A stretch of 63,273 nucleotides of DNA, counting the filler, from Rhabdomonas costata (Eukaryota), in assembly GCA_019059605.1 (NCBI GenBank). It is 38 parts of 38 records of this genome, joined end to end, with 100 filler letters (N's around TTAATTAATTAA, not from the genome) between each part and the next. Parts side by side here need not be neighbours in the genome. Positions count along the whole stretch, not along the records: positions 36,697 to 38,264 come from JAHMHO010012883.1; positions 38,365 to 39,932 come from JAHMHO010012884.1; positions 40,033 to 41,608 come from JAHMHO010012885.1; positions 41,709 to 43,275 come from JAHMHO010012886.1; positions 43,376 to 44,943 come from JAHMHO010012887.1; positions 45,044 to 46,610 come from JAHMHO010012888.1; positions 46,711 to 48,277 come from JAHMHO010012889.1; positions 48,378 to 49,944 come from JAHMHO010012890.1; 30 more parts are not named here. One strand, written 5' to 3'. The translations under genes were made by a program, and so were the position numbers. The notes beneath the pieces are model-generated. The model was not told the DNA's origin, did no database searches, and saw only the letters and a program-made list of their open reading frames with translations. Shown here in pieces: positions 37,220-50,044 of the stretch (position 1 is the first letter of the stretch; every line of letters starts with the position of its first letter).

Positions 37220-37405
37220 CCCCGGGGGGAGATCCAGGTCAAAGGGAAGGGCCAGATGCAGACCTTCTGGCTGACCGGGTACAGCGGGAACCCCTTACCC
37301 CCGGCCAAGCTGGACCCCATGTCGCGGGCCTCGCCCCTCCTGGAGGGGTTTCCGACGGACGTCACGGCAGCCCCAATAATCGTGGCCCCTGTCTCCCGAA
37401 ACTAA
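37220..37405 (+). CDS. Class III adenylyl/guanylyl cyclase, last exon
   Basis: cag|PRGEIQVKGKGQMQTFWL...stop. Confidence 0.9.
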   Translation, partial: PRGEIQVKGKGQMQTFWLTGYSGNPLPPAKLDPMSRASPLLEGFPTDVTAAPIIVAPVSRN

Positions 37406-38364
37406 ACCTCCCTCTCTCAACCCCAAGACGTTGTTTTTTCTTGTTCGTGTGTGTGCGGTTGGGGTAAGGTCTGTGGACGTGCATGTGAATGCTTGCGGTG
37501 TTTTTTCCATCTGCAGTTATATACGCAGAGATACTGTGATATGATGGGAATGGCCAGCACAGTGGCCACGACGTTCCAGGAGGTCAATAATTCCGTGTTT
37601 TCTGACGCGGAGCGGAGGCTCTTGTCGGTCTGGTGTCTGTTGTCCTTCGGTTGTCCATTCAGCTTTTCCCTCTCAGTGCAAAAGGGTGATCCCATTTCCA
37701 TCTAGTCACTGGTTGCTGCCGTGTGCCCAAAACTCTGTATGCTGTGTGCACTGCGCACAATCGTGTACCCGCGCGCTCTCACCCTAGTACTACTTTTCAC
37801 ATCCTGGATCTGCGCCATTTGCTGGGCCACACAGTATGTCCATGATTTTTCACGTTGGGCTCAGCCGAGGAGGTGACCTGCCCTCTCATCGGCTTTTTCC
37901 TCGGTTGCTTTTTCATCAGAGCGCGTGAGATGATGGCACCGTGCGAAGCCGTGCCGATGGGTTTCAAAGTAGAGAGAGAGGGACTTGATGGTTGCTATTT
38001 ATCCTGCGGGTGCGGTGTCACTGACCTAAATCATCTGCTTTTCTGATGTTGCTGGTGTCAGTGGGTCGTGACTTTTAGTCTTCGTATTGGTCGGGTTCTG
38101 GAAGTAGAACTCATATGAACACCCTGCAGACCCGTAAATAGGGTCACTGTATTAGAATGAGCTTCATGTCTTTCCGGTTCTTTCCGTTTCCGTTTCCGTT
38201 CTTTGAGATCTGGTAGAGGTGGAGTGCAACTGAACGATCACCAGAACGACACTGATGAAGAGGTNNNNNNNNNNNNNNNNNNNNNNNNNNNNNNNNNNNN
38301 NNNNNNNNTTAATTAATTAANNNNNNNNNNNNNNNNNNNNNNNNNNNNNNNNNNNNNNNNNNNN

Positions 38365-39400
38365 GTTGGTATTGTTCAGATCAATTCTGTTATTCTTATT
38401 CCATTCTAGCGGAAAACCGCATGGAATTTTCTCTTGAAGGACATCTGTGAACTCTCTATTCAACTGCTTAATCTCTGGTGGTTTAGTAACTGCCGCACCT
38501 GGTGGGATGTACATCTTTTGATCATATTATTTACACATTTCCTAGGGGAATTCAGCAAAGTTCTTCTCGTCTTCAACTTCGCACATTTTGACATTATTAC
38601 GGCTCAATTCCAGACGTCATTCAATTCATTTTCTGTTGCTCATTTGTTTATAATCAGTGGAACTGAAAGTTTGTAATTTGGGTCACTCACATATAGTTCA
38701 ACAGTATCCATACCATAGTGTAAACCGTTTGATCTTAGCGTAAATAATCCCATGCTAACCTGCTAACCTGATTATGGTGGTCTTCAATTTACACGTGTGC
38801 AACACAACCTCAGTAGCAATCCTCAGACGTTTGCTTTTAAATGCCATCTTCCGCCATCTTCAAACTCTGCTTCCAACATTCCAGTTCTTGGCAATGCAAT
38901 AGTCTTTGGCTGGAAGCTCCTGGATCTCGTAAACACTCAACAACATCTTACACAACTCAGTGTGCAGCTGCAATACTTCAAGAAACGGGTACCTCATTAC
39001 CACTGTGGTTGCCGTCGCGATTAATAGTAGGTGTCACTTTACTGGCATCTGCCCCAACCTGTGCTGAAAAAAGTGTCCCATTGTCAAACCCCTTCAATTG
39101 GATACTTCACTGGAAACTTCTGCTGCATAATGTTTACATTTAGTCTTAACTCGCCAAGTACAATTGACTTACGAAATATTTGGACACCTGAGTCAAGCAA
39201 TTATAGCACTTGTTTAGTACCAACAACAAGTGTGGAAACAAAAATGGCTGATGTGTGTCGGGTATGGCATATTATCCAGCAAGTCACTCCATTGCAGTTC
39301 TGTTCGCTGAAACGGCAATACAAACAAATATACTGAGTAGCTATTTTCACGACCACAAATGCTGGAAACAGCTTTCAAAAAATAATTAATCAATGCTAAA
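38365..39400 (-). mobile_element. Degenerate Ty3/gypsy gag-pol remnant
   Basis: EFTDVLQEKIPCGFPLEWNKNNRIDL (pre-RT motif) at 38365-38480; AT-rich with many stops; upstream limit approximate. Confidence 0.65.
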
Positions 39401-40917
39401 TCATAATCCAATTAGCATTTCCCAACACGTTTGCTCACCAAAAGTGTCGAAAGTGTACCGGAGCTCCGGGATAACCACACCAAGTATATACAAAGATCTC
39501 TTGGCTCACAGCTAAGCTGCTACACGTCTCATGCAAAACATAGAGTCAAAGCGCCTTCAGCTACACAGCTATCACATTCTTTGGAAAGTCTGATTGAGAC
39601 TAGAATTAAACTTAAGATTAACGCTTCGTGCTGAGTTACCACCTGCACTTCCGACTGCAAAGATCCCTTTCACACAATCACATAGACTATACTAAGTTTT
39701 GAACTGGGTTTATCACTTTTCACAAAGTAATCATTAGTGTGCTCAACGCCGAACTCAAATCGAAAGCCTCTGAATGAAGTTCAGGTGGTAAAGCACTTTC
39801 GACCTTACTGCCTCTTGCAAATACTCTGCAGTAATCAAATACGGGAATCTCTATGAGCGCTCCTCGGATCTCAGGTGGTGTGTCACTACATGTGGTAAAA
39901 TTGCTCTCGGAGTAAATGCACTGACCAAACAANNNNNNNNNNNNNNNNNNNNNNNNNNNNNNNNNNNNNNNNNNNNTTAATTAATTAANNNNNNNNNNNN
40001 NNNNNNNNNNNNNNNNNNNNNNNNNNNNNNNNGGTGTAGTGAAGGTTTGGGCGGTGGAGCTGTGTATCGTAAGTCGTGCGGTGTTTGGCTGGACTAGCCT
40101 TGTTCGTACTGTTTGGCTGTTGCTGTGCTCGCCTTGCTTCTACGCACAAGCCGGGAATAAGGGAAAGCTGTGAAAGGCCAAAGGGCACACTCACACCCCC
40201 TGAAGTGCGCGTGTTAGTTAGAAGGGGCGAAGCCAAATCACACCACAGACATCAGGCAGTCGAAAGCACACCCTCCACGCGGAAGGGCAGCCCACTCGCA
40301 GGCAGTTTGCCAAGAGGTTTGGGTTTTGGAGTTGAAGCTTGCGCACCCTCGCACCCTCGTAACCCCGCCACCCCAGCAGGAAGAGAAAGCACCACAACCG
40401 TCAGGTCACCGAAGAAAATCGGGAGTCGCGAAGGACCCCGCCCCGCGCCGCGAAAGGCGGCTGAGTGTAATCAAAGCCAGTTACTTGGTGTATACCAAGG
40501 TAAGCCACGGCAGCGCCCAACGCGCGTCACAGGCGTTCGGGCAGCGGTGAGCCCCAAGCCGGGTCCGCAGTCCTGTGAACCCAACGGGACAGGTAAGTGG
40601 CCAGGCAGAAGGCTGGGCCGTCACAGTGACGCCTAGCGTGGCTCGTTTGCCCCCGCGGCCCTCGTAGAAATTGGCGGGAATGTTTCCTCTTGGTTTTTGT
40701 GTTTCTAAAAATGAGACGAACGGGACGGTTTGCCGGCAGTAAAGCTGAAGGGGCAGCTGAATGGAAATGGGCAGAGGAATGTTACGGACCCCGCTCCGCA
40801 CGGGAATCCGCGGGGGCTGCTCCGCACGGCCCCCGGCCCTATCCGCATGAGCTTCACACCGGCGGCGGACGGGAACCAGGAGCCAAGACGGGCTACTCGT
40901 CTTGGCGTGGCCGCCCC

Positions 40918-40994
40918 GGCCTGGTCCGGGAATCGAATCCGCTACCTTGCAGTCACGAGCCCGGCCCCCAGACCACTCAGACATAAGACCGGCC
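40918..40994 (-). repeat. tRNA-like sequence (pseudo-tRNA or SINE head)
   Basis: A-box-like TGTCTGAGTGG, B-box-like GATTCGATTCC, imperfect acceptor stem ggccggt/accaggcc; anticodon arm does not fold cleanly. Confidence 0.5.
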
Positions 40995-41227
40995 ATGTCT
41001 GATTCCTGGCTTATGTTCGGCCCTTTTGTGCTTCTATGCGACCGCAGCGGCGTACTGCCTTGAACCCAAGCAAACGGCCGGTATAAGCAGAAGAACGCGG
41101 TATTCAAGGAAAGGAGATTTTTTTGGTGGCGTTTCCGGCGAATAGGGTATTGGTCCGATTGGCGCGCTAGGGAAACAGCAGAAGCATTACGTTGTGGACG
41201 CGGGAAGAATGGAAAGCCACAGGACAC

Positions 41228-41255
41228 GCCCAATATCCAAGCGAAAAGCGTCAAA
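41228..41255 (+). repeat. Interspersed repeat core shared with 53958-53985
   Basis: gcccaatatccaagc[g/a]aaaagcgtcaaa (27/28); ggaagcggcagg recurs downstream in both contigs. Confidence 0.7.
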
Positions 41256-44200
41256 TGCCAAAAGCGGATCGGGAAAGACGCGATTCTATGAGACGCACTT
41301 TCCGAAAACTTCTCGGAGAGGCGCGCTGGAAAAGGAAGGAAACAAGAAACAAGAGGATTGCAAGAAGTGTGTGTGTGTGGGGGGGGGAAATAGTGGGGCA
41401 CAGGGTCCTGTGGAAGCGGCAGGAGGCACAGGGAAGGGAAGGAAAAGTCGAAAAAGCAGGTGGCACGGCAGGAGAGCAGAAAGAAAACATAAAGCGCACC
41501 CGAGATATGAGAAGAGAGGCGCTCAAATAGACGGGAAAGGCTTGAGGCAAGACAATGGCTAAAACCAGAAGGCCAAGCTAAAGGATGATTATAGATATGG
41601 AGATAAAGNNNNNNNNNNNNNNNNNNNNNNNNNNNNNNNNNNNNNNNNNNNNTTAATTAATTAANNNNNNNNNNNNNNNNNNNNNNNNNNNNNNNNNNNN
41701 NNNNNNNNGTGGTGTTGTGGTCACATTGGCAGCAACCAGAGCCCCAAGGAGGACAAGCCAAACGATCAAAAATGAAGAAAACCAGACCAGCTGAGCGAGC
41801 GACAGGAAACTCTTGGGACAGAAAGCACCACAATCGCTCGCAGATGCCGCGGTGGAGCTCTAGTACCCACTCACCAATGCATATCACGGGAACAAAATGC
41901 AAACCCTGTCACTGGAAGACCCAGCAGTGGACGAGCATCCTGTGCTGGTGGGTCAGCCCTTCTTCGTCAAAAAGCACGCTCTGAAAACGTCCATAAACCG
42001 CAGGATTATCTTCGAGCAAATAGAGAATGAAAATCAAAGGTTGCACGAAGGTGTGCCGGCGGTATCACAAAACCAAAAAACCTGGAGAAGCATGAGCGAG
42101 CTTGCAAGGGTGCGATAAGCGCCAGCCACTACACATCCAGGGCACAGTCCGTCAAGGGAGGGGGAAATACCAGGGGTGTACTAAACGAGGAAAATTCGGT
42201 GTACGTTTGGTATGAAAAAGGCTAACAAAAATTGTGTGAAAAAGTAGTCTGGTTCCCTTAGAGCCTACGGGCAGCCTCACCGCCGCCACCACAGCCGCAG
42301 CGATCGGACAGCGTAATATGCCGACGAGACACCCACGGAGACCAGCATCACGAATGAGGCAGTGAGCATTTGCCCGCCGGCAGCCAGTGCGCTGCAGGGT
42401 GTGTAGCTGCGGCGCGCTGGGGACACGAAAAGAGACATCCTGGGAACGCACTGCTCAGCGGGAGACAAGAAGCGAAAGCTGAAGCCACAGAAAAAAAAAA
42501 GAGGATCACCGAAGAGCGTCGACGGCATGCCATCACTGGGAACCGGTCACGCTTCAGAGCAAGGGAGAAATTCAGGTTCATGTCGCGACCCTTTTCGAGG
42601 TTTGATGCCAATACCCGGAACCATGACATAAGGAGAACACAGTTAGCAGTCCAAAATTGTCAAAGCTCCATGGGAAGACGCTCCACCAAAGAGCGCCCGA
42701 CTGTCCTATTGCCTGGAAGATCACGAAGGAAGTTGCCCGATTCGAATGAATACCGCGAGGGAAGCAAACAGGCGCGCGTGCGCGGAGGCGATAACACCAC
42801 CGTTTTGTGCTTCGGAAATTATTTCCATTTCTTGCTTCAACGAGAGACGAGTAGATTCCAACCTATTCTATCTTTTGAAAAAGACCAAAGGTTCCGGCCA
42901 ACAGAAGACATCGCACAAAACGTCACAAATAACCGCAATCCACCCGAGCGCAAGACGCCGGGGCCACAGCGGAAAGCAAGTCTCACCGTACTACTACTTC
43001 ACGCCCTTGCTGCACCCCCGCCTGTCCCTGAGCAGAAGGAGCCGGGCCCACCGAATCACGAAGTACACCGAGATTGCCGCGGCTGAAAAAAGCACGACCA
43101 TTCCATTGACAATCCGCTGGGCAAGCGTTTTGCCTTGGGGTGAAGTGGCCATGTGCGGGATAAGTCCCCTTGAAATACCTCGTACTCCTTGCAGCGGATC
43201 TTCAGGACGTCTTGACGCAAGAAGCGCGCAAGAAAAAGACTCAAAAATGAAAGCTGGAAAACCCAACAACCAACCNNNNNNNNNNNNNNNNNNNNNNNNN
43301 NNNNNNNNNNNNNNNNNNNTTAATTAATTAANNNNNNNNNNNNNNNNNNNNNNNNNNNNNNNNNNNNNNNNNNNNGGTTTGTGGTGAATAAACTTTGCAA
43401 CAACGGAAACGCGGAATGTGAGAGAAAAGAAAACCCACAAAATGGCGAGAAAGATGCGGCCAGGCTTAGGCCTCTTGCCGCATTTGCTTGATCATATAAA
43501 GCATAACGGGAATATATAAAAGCAACAAACAAAAATAAAGGCATGAAGACCTGATTTCATGTGCTGCGATGGTAATGTCTTGCGCCACAAAAAAACAGCA
43601 TCCTGATATTTCCCGGGTCGTGAAAATAGTGCGTTGCACTTGGCAATATCTATCTCGGTTTTTTATTACATGAAATTCGTACTTCCAGAGGTGCTGGAAA
43701 ATACCAAGAAAGTGCAGTTTTTATTTTTGTTGGTTTTCACTTCTTGCTGACAGGGTTTATTGGGTAAGAAACTTTTATTACACAAAATATATGTATCTCT
43801 ATATTGCTTTTGCGTTTCAAGAAACCCCAAGGCGGTATCAATTTATTTGGCTAGAGTCATAGAAAGTTACAAGCTGAGTACAAGTCGTTACATTCCCAAA
43901 ACAACCACTAAAATCCACACGTTTTCTCACGATTTGGGCTACTTTCAAACTAGAAGAATGAAATCATGTTGCTGTGTGAACATGGTGGTAAAATTTATGC
44001 GGTCTCTAATTTGGATCCGCTTGCTGACTATACATTCTTCGCATCTCCCCCTTTTGCAGTGCAAGCACAGTAGTGTTAACAACGACAGGAACAGCTAAAA
44101 CTGATGTTCTTCGAAACTTCCTCTTTACAGCGTTCATTACCATGAAACATCAATAGATTAGAGCTGGGTTTATCTGGAGCTGTGCACAATAAGAAAGCAA

Positions 44201-45211
44201 ACGCCAGCTCAAGGCTTGCGGGGTTATCTAACATGTGCTGCACAAAGATGCACACCGAAGCTTCATGGACAAGTGTGATAACGTAGTAGAAGAACGGAGG
44301 AACGGAGGAGAAGGGCGGAAGAAGAAAGAAGGATGCTTGCACATGCGGGGATTCCGGCAGTTGAAAGATGCAAGAACCATACGCAGCAAAGCAGATGCAA
44401 GGAAGTAAGCAGGTGTGGAAGTGGGGTGGGGATACAGGAGTTGCCTTGACTCAACTTGCAATGCTCTGCTCACAAAAGCAGATCAGGGACAACAACGTGG
44501 GACTTTAAGAATGCCAAAAAAAACAAGGAATGCCAGTAGAGCTCCATAGTCAGCGCCCAGACTGTTGATTTCAACGATTGTCCAATTTTTAGTCTTCGCC
44601 ATAATAAGACACAGCTGTGAATGACATTAAACAGCGCGTGCATCGCCCTCTAACCCCATGCAAATCTTCTATTGGAATTCTGGTACACTTTTAGAGTTGA
44701 GCCAAACCCACGGGCGATGGCGGATCAGCAACATTGACGCAACATGTGACATAAACATGTTAGCGTATGCGCCAGTGTACCGAGAGACGCGCAAGAACAT
44801 CTTTTTAATGCATGCTGTGATAAGAGTGTCCGCGCTCTTTATGAAAAGAAACATGGACACAGAGAACGTGGTGTACACAGTTGCTCTAGTGGCTACAACT
44901 GGAATTATAGGCCTAACATTGAGAAGATGTTGCAATCCAAAAANNNNNNNNNNNNNNNNNNNNNNNNNNNNNNNNNNNNNNNNNNNNTTAATTAATTAAN
45001 NNNNNNNNNNNNNNNNNNNNNNNNNNNNNNNNNNNNNNNNNNNTGTTGGGGGTTACATCACCGTTAGCTGGGTAGGTGTGTGTGTATGTGGGAATGCAGG
45101 TCGTTAGGGGCACCGTTCGGATATATCAGAGGCAGCTTCGGGGGCACGTTTCGGGAGGAAGGAGAGAGAAGAACCAGAGGTGCAAGAAGGAGGAAGGCCC
45201 CCTGGGGAGAC

Positions 45212-46001
45212 CCGCAAGCCGACCCTACCCCGGGGAGGGCCGCTGGCCTGCACCAGCTCTGCCAGGACCTCGAGCTCCTGCAGGTTGTCCACGTTGAGGC
45301 TCACCCCGGCAGTCAGGGCGAACGCCAGCTCGGGCTGCGTTCCGAGAGGGTGCGCTTCTGTGTGTGCGTGCCGCACAGCGCGCTGGTTGTTACCGCTGTG
45401 GACTGCGCCGTTGGCCAGGGGTTCTGGAGAGAGGAAATTCGGAGGAACAGTGCCGCGGGGTACCGGGGCTTCAGGTGCGGGATAACCTCCCTTCTGTCAT
45501 AGTAGCGAAGTTACTTTTTCCCCACCGGCTACGGCGCTGCGCCATTGTTGCTCGCTTGCCCGCGTCTCTAAGGCGCGTCTCTGCGTTTGTGTGCGTGTGG
45601 GTGTGGGTGTGTTTGAGCGGAAAATCGAGAGTAACCACTTTTTAAAAGAGAGCGTGTGTGGTGTTCTGCACGTCAGTGTGTATACATGTGCATAAATAGA
45701 CTGCGGGGCGGCTGACTTGACTCCCAGGAATTCCTTTGAATACCGACTAATGATAGCTGTGGGGCTCCTGTGATGTCCTCGGGTCTCTTGTGGTGGGTTT
45801 ATGGTTCGTGCACGGGGGAGGGGGACGGGTGAGGTGTAATGCACTCTGGCACAGCGGACAAGAATCGGAGCACCTCCGTCTTGCAAGGCGAGTCGAAGAC
45901 CACAGAGCTGGGGGCGAACCCCACGCGCAGGGCCTGCTGCAACTCCGCCAGGCTGGCCGCCTCGGCGCCCATCCCGCAGGCCAGCATTACCCGCAGAAAC
46001 C
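45212..46001 (-). CDS. Fold-type III PLP decarboxylase, diaminopimelate decarboxylase (LysA)-like, partial
   Basis: Exons 46001-45874 and 45334-45212: GMGAEAASLAELQQALRVGF...VVFDSPCKTEPELAFALTAGVSLNVDNLQEL...RVGLR. Confidence 0.85.
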
Positions 46002-48411
46002 CTGCGCACCAAAACGCACAATAGCCACTCAGGCATAAGTGCATTTATGCTCCCTCCCCTACACCACTGCAACCCGCACATACGTGTCCAACAAATGAAA
46101 GCACCTACGATCTGGGGCAGCGGAGCGGCCCAAAACATCCTGGAAAGAGTGTAGGGGACGCGCGCATCGCCTCCTACCCCCCTGCAAATTCCTATGGTAT
46201 TATCCCAAGGGACCCTCTCCAGAAGGGGCCCATAAAAGCACTAGTCCACAGCCCAAACAGAGTGGACCCACCCTACGGAGGGGGGGGAGGCATAAATGCA
46301 CTTGACAGTGGGGGGGGGGTCCATGAATGCACTAGCGCCGCCACTCACTTCACACACCGTATGAAAAATAAAGAATAGCATAGAAAAACATAGTCCCGCA
46401 CGATCGGCGGACTTACAAGGGAGGGATTTATGCCACCCAATACTGAGAAAAACATGGGAAACAACAATACAAAAAAGTGAGGAAGGCACATACGTCCTGA
46501 TTTCAGTCAAAATTCCATTTTCGGTTATTTTTTAGAGTGATGCCTGAAAACAAAACACACAAAAGGAAAAAGAAAACGTACAACAAAAAACAATAGCCGA
46601 CCACAAAACANNNNNNNNNNNNNNNNNNNNNNNNNNNNNNNNNNNNNNNNNNNNTTAATTAATTAANNNNNNNNNNNNNNNNNNNNNNNNNNNNNNNNNN
46701 NNNNNNNNNNCAGGACCCTGGTTCAGCGCGGCAGGAAGTTCAGGCTGGAAGGCGACATGGAAGACGTCTTCCTGAGCCTGCGCAAAAGCTCTTGAGGACC
46801 CAACAACACAACCTCCGAACCCAAAACGCGAAAAATTCAAAGATGCCCAGATCACCACCCCTACCTCCGCACCTACAACCTGAGCACCCTCCAGCATACC
46901 CTGAGATGAAGAAGGCCAAGATGCACCACACTATCACCAACATCCACGCATCCTTTCACCCAACCACGAATGCAGGACTCACATCCCAAGATACACCCTA
47001 AGCCTCCACCTCCAACGCTCACCCTCACACTCCAGCACCGTACACACAGACCCAGACGCAAGGCACCCTGACACCCTCAGATTCCAACTACCATACACTC
47101 AGAACCCAAAAACCCAAAGACCCAAAGTAAATTCAAACCCCAACTCAGAATCCTGACCACGAACTCAGAAGCCGAAAACCAGAGACCCAATACCGAACGC
47201 GAAAACGAAACCCAACCTCGAACTCAGACCATATCACCTTCAAAATTTGCCTCCATTGGATGGGCATATGGTTTAGCTGGCTGCGTGGAGATGGGTTACT
47301 TGAAAAATTTAACTGTATGCTGAAATAAATCACAAGGCCAAATATATCCACGTACATCTCAGCAACCAACAATAAGAGTTTTTGAGTAAATTAGTTGGCG
47401 CACACATAAAGGAGTTTTTCTTTATGTGTCTAAACACGCTCCTCTAAATTATTTGCACAGGATGTGTGGCCCGTATTTTTAGACTTATTTACATCAACTG
47501 CTATATTTCTCTTGCTTTGCTACCACGTAACAACAACAGAAGCAATGCCTCTTGCTTTCTCTTCTAGCAATAGAGCTCTGAATCTGGGCATGAATTCTCT
47601 GCAACTGGTGGTAACTCTGGTATCTGTTGGGTTTTTCTACAATCTAATATCACTTGTCACTAAGTGGCAGGTGGTGCTGCTCACCACACCAGCTGCTCTG
47701 ATACCACATGTCATATGCCTTTTTCTAGGCGAGCCTCTTATGTGCCTCCAACCTGAGTGTGTGGTAGTGTATATGGCTCTACGCTTCTGAAAGTATGCAA
47801 AGTCTGAAAGCCTTTGAATGTGTGTGAACCCGAGTCACACTCACCAAATTATAGTGCCACCCATTTAAACAGGACTGCAGATGCTGATGTTTTTAGTGGA
47901 TTGCTGTGTGTGAAATCGGCTTTTGAACAGCACGGCTTCAGCACAAACAAGGGATAGCACTTGAGAGAGCTCAGCTGGACTATCGTAAAAACCTGGTTAT
48001 CCAAGTACAAAGCTGCGCGAGATTAGTACAAATATGACACGAGCTCCAATATGCCTTGTGATTAGCTAAGTATATTTGCAGTGCGTCGTTAATTGTCCAC
48101 TCGTTTGTGCCATGATGTACATGGATTGCCAGAAAGGGCCGAATTTCACCATTCTTCTTGTTTAAGTTGGTAAATATTTCACCACAGAACCATAGATCCA
48201 GTTAAGCATGTACAAACACATCAAGAGATTTTTGTAAAATGAAAGAACTCTTGGGCAAAATCTTTACCCCACAAAACNNNNNNNNNNNNNNNNNNNNNNN
48301 NNNNNNNNNNNNNNNNNNNNNTTAATTAATTAANNNNNNNNNNNNNNNNNNNNNNNNNNNNNNNNNNNNNNNNNNNNCAAAAACTAACTTGGCACATTTG
48401 CCAACCAGGTT

Positions 48412-49150
48412 ATGCAGTTCGTACTCTGCAATGTTTTGCTAGTGGGGGTTGTAGCCCGAAATCAGCAAGCTTTTATTTTGATCAAGTCTCGCCTTCTCCA
48501 AGCACCAGTTTTAATTCACTCTGATAATAGGAATTTTTGCTTACGTAGAAGTCATTGGTTGTCATTGGTGCCGCAATATTGCAAGTTATATTTGTAGGGC
48601 GTGCAAGCACTGGTAGCTTGCCACTCGAGTGATATGAACAAGGCACAAAAAATACACCCAGTGCATGATATTGATGTCGAGATACTAGCCTTGGTTGACG
48701 CGATGATTGGAGCAACAATTTACTAGTTATAGTTCCACATCTGCACAGGTAACTAATACATTGTATACATCCAAACTCAGCTGGTCACTCATAGCGTGAT
48801 GTGTGATTGTTGAAAAAGCTTCAGTTGTACATTCCGCTGCATATTTCTCACATGGGGCGGGTTCAGGTCCTGTGGTAATGCGTGCAAATAAATAAGGACA
48901 CCTTGAGTGGCTACTCCGTCCGAGGCTTATGATTTACCAGCTTATGTACATACTAAAACACTGATTGGTTCATCCTCTTCCCATTAGTTGGTGACTTTTC
49001 TTGCGACAAAATTGAAGCCTGATGCCACATAACTTAGTCCTAGAAGAAGTATCATGGTGGTTACCATAAATGTGATGCCGATACTCTACAATTGGTTTCC
49101 AGAAAGACCATTGGAACATCAGTGGGAGTTTCAAAGCCGGCCGCTACTCA
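48412..49150 (+). mobile_element. Degenerate LTR-retrotransposon pol (RT connection/RNase H) remnant
   Basis: QQAFILIKSRLLQAPVLIHSD and EILALVDAM motifs among stops and frameshifts; right limit approximate. Confidence 0.6.
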
Positions 49151-50044
49151 GATTACCAGAAAACATTTTTTCAGCAATTCCTTGCAGCAACATTGTTTTA
49201 GAAACAGTTAATGATTTGAGGAAGTACTACCTAAATGACCAATTGGTCAGGAATAAGTAATTCCTGGATGACACTGAAACTTTTATTGACTTGTTTCCAC
49301 CATTACCGCATTTGTGAACATAATCTGATTTTTGTACCATAATTGTGGTCCAAGGAGATCATTTTTTTGATGACGCCGGGAGCTGCAAGAAACGGCAATG
49401 CAAGAGATGCCGGTGGGCAAGGTGTGGTGGTACCAAATGTGCTTCCAAAAAAGCCACGCAGCAATCCAAACTCCTTCCTTTCTGTACATAATGATTAGTC
49501 TAAATTGTTCCGCTTTCGCCGCATACGCGGTGTTTCTCTAGTTTCGCCACCAAGACTGGTAACCGACTACCGGGATACTCGTTGCGTCTGATGACCAGAA
49601 AACAGAGACATGTGAATCCTGATCGAGATAAAATTCCACACAGCAGCTCCAATGTGATAAAGCAGCTCTTCAATTACGGGCGCAGCTGAACACAATGCAG
49701 GCAGTAAATTGCCGTAGTAATAAAGTAGGGCGCAAGGTTCCATACATGTTAAATCATTTTGTGCAAAGGATTCACAAAAACCGTGGTGTGATGGGACTTG
49801 AGCGTCAACAAAAAGCTGTTCCTACTGTTGTCTTTCCATGCTTTACCGTGGATTTGTAGTATTTGAATGCCGTACTTTTCAAGGCCCTTTCGGGCCACAA
49901 ATGAGCTAGGGAGAAATAGAACAACGGGAGAAGCCCAATAAAACNNNNNNNNNNNNNNNNNNNNNNNNNNNNNNNNNNNNNNNNNNNNTTAATTAATTAA
50001 NNNNNNNNNNNNNNNNNNNNNNNNNNNNNNNNNNNNNNNNNNNN

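Noticed and set aside
41709-44943. Possible exons in these two contigs and in 1670-3235, 21687-23254 and 52200-53200
   Set aside because: No single frame or domain could be supported.
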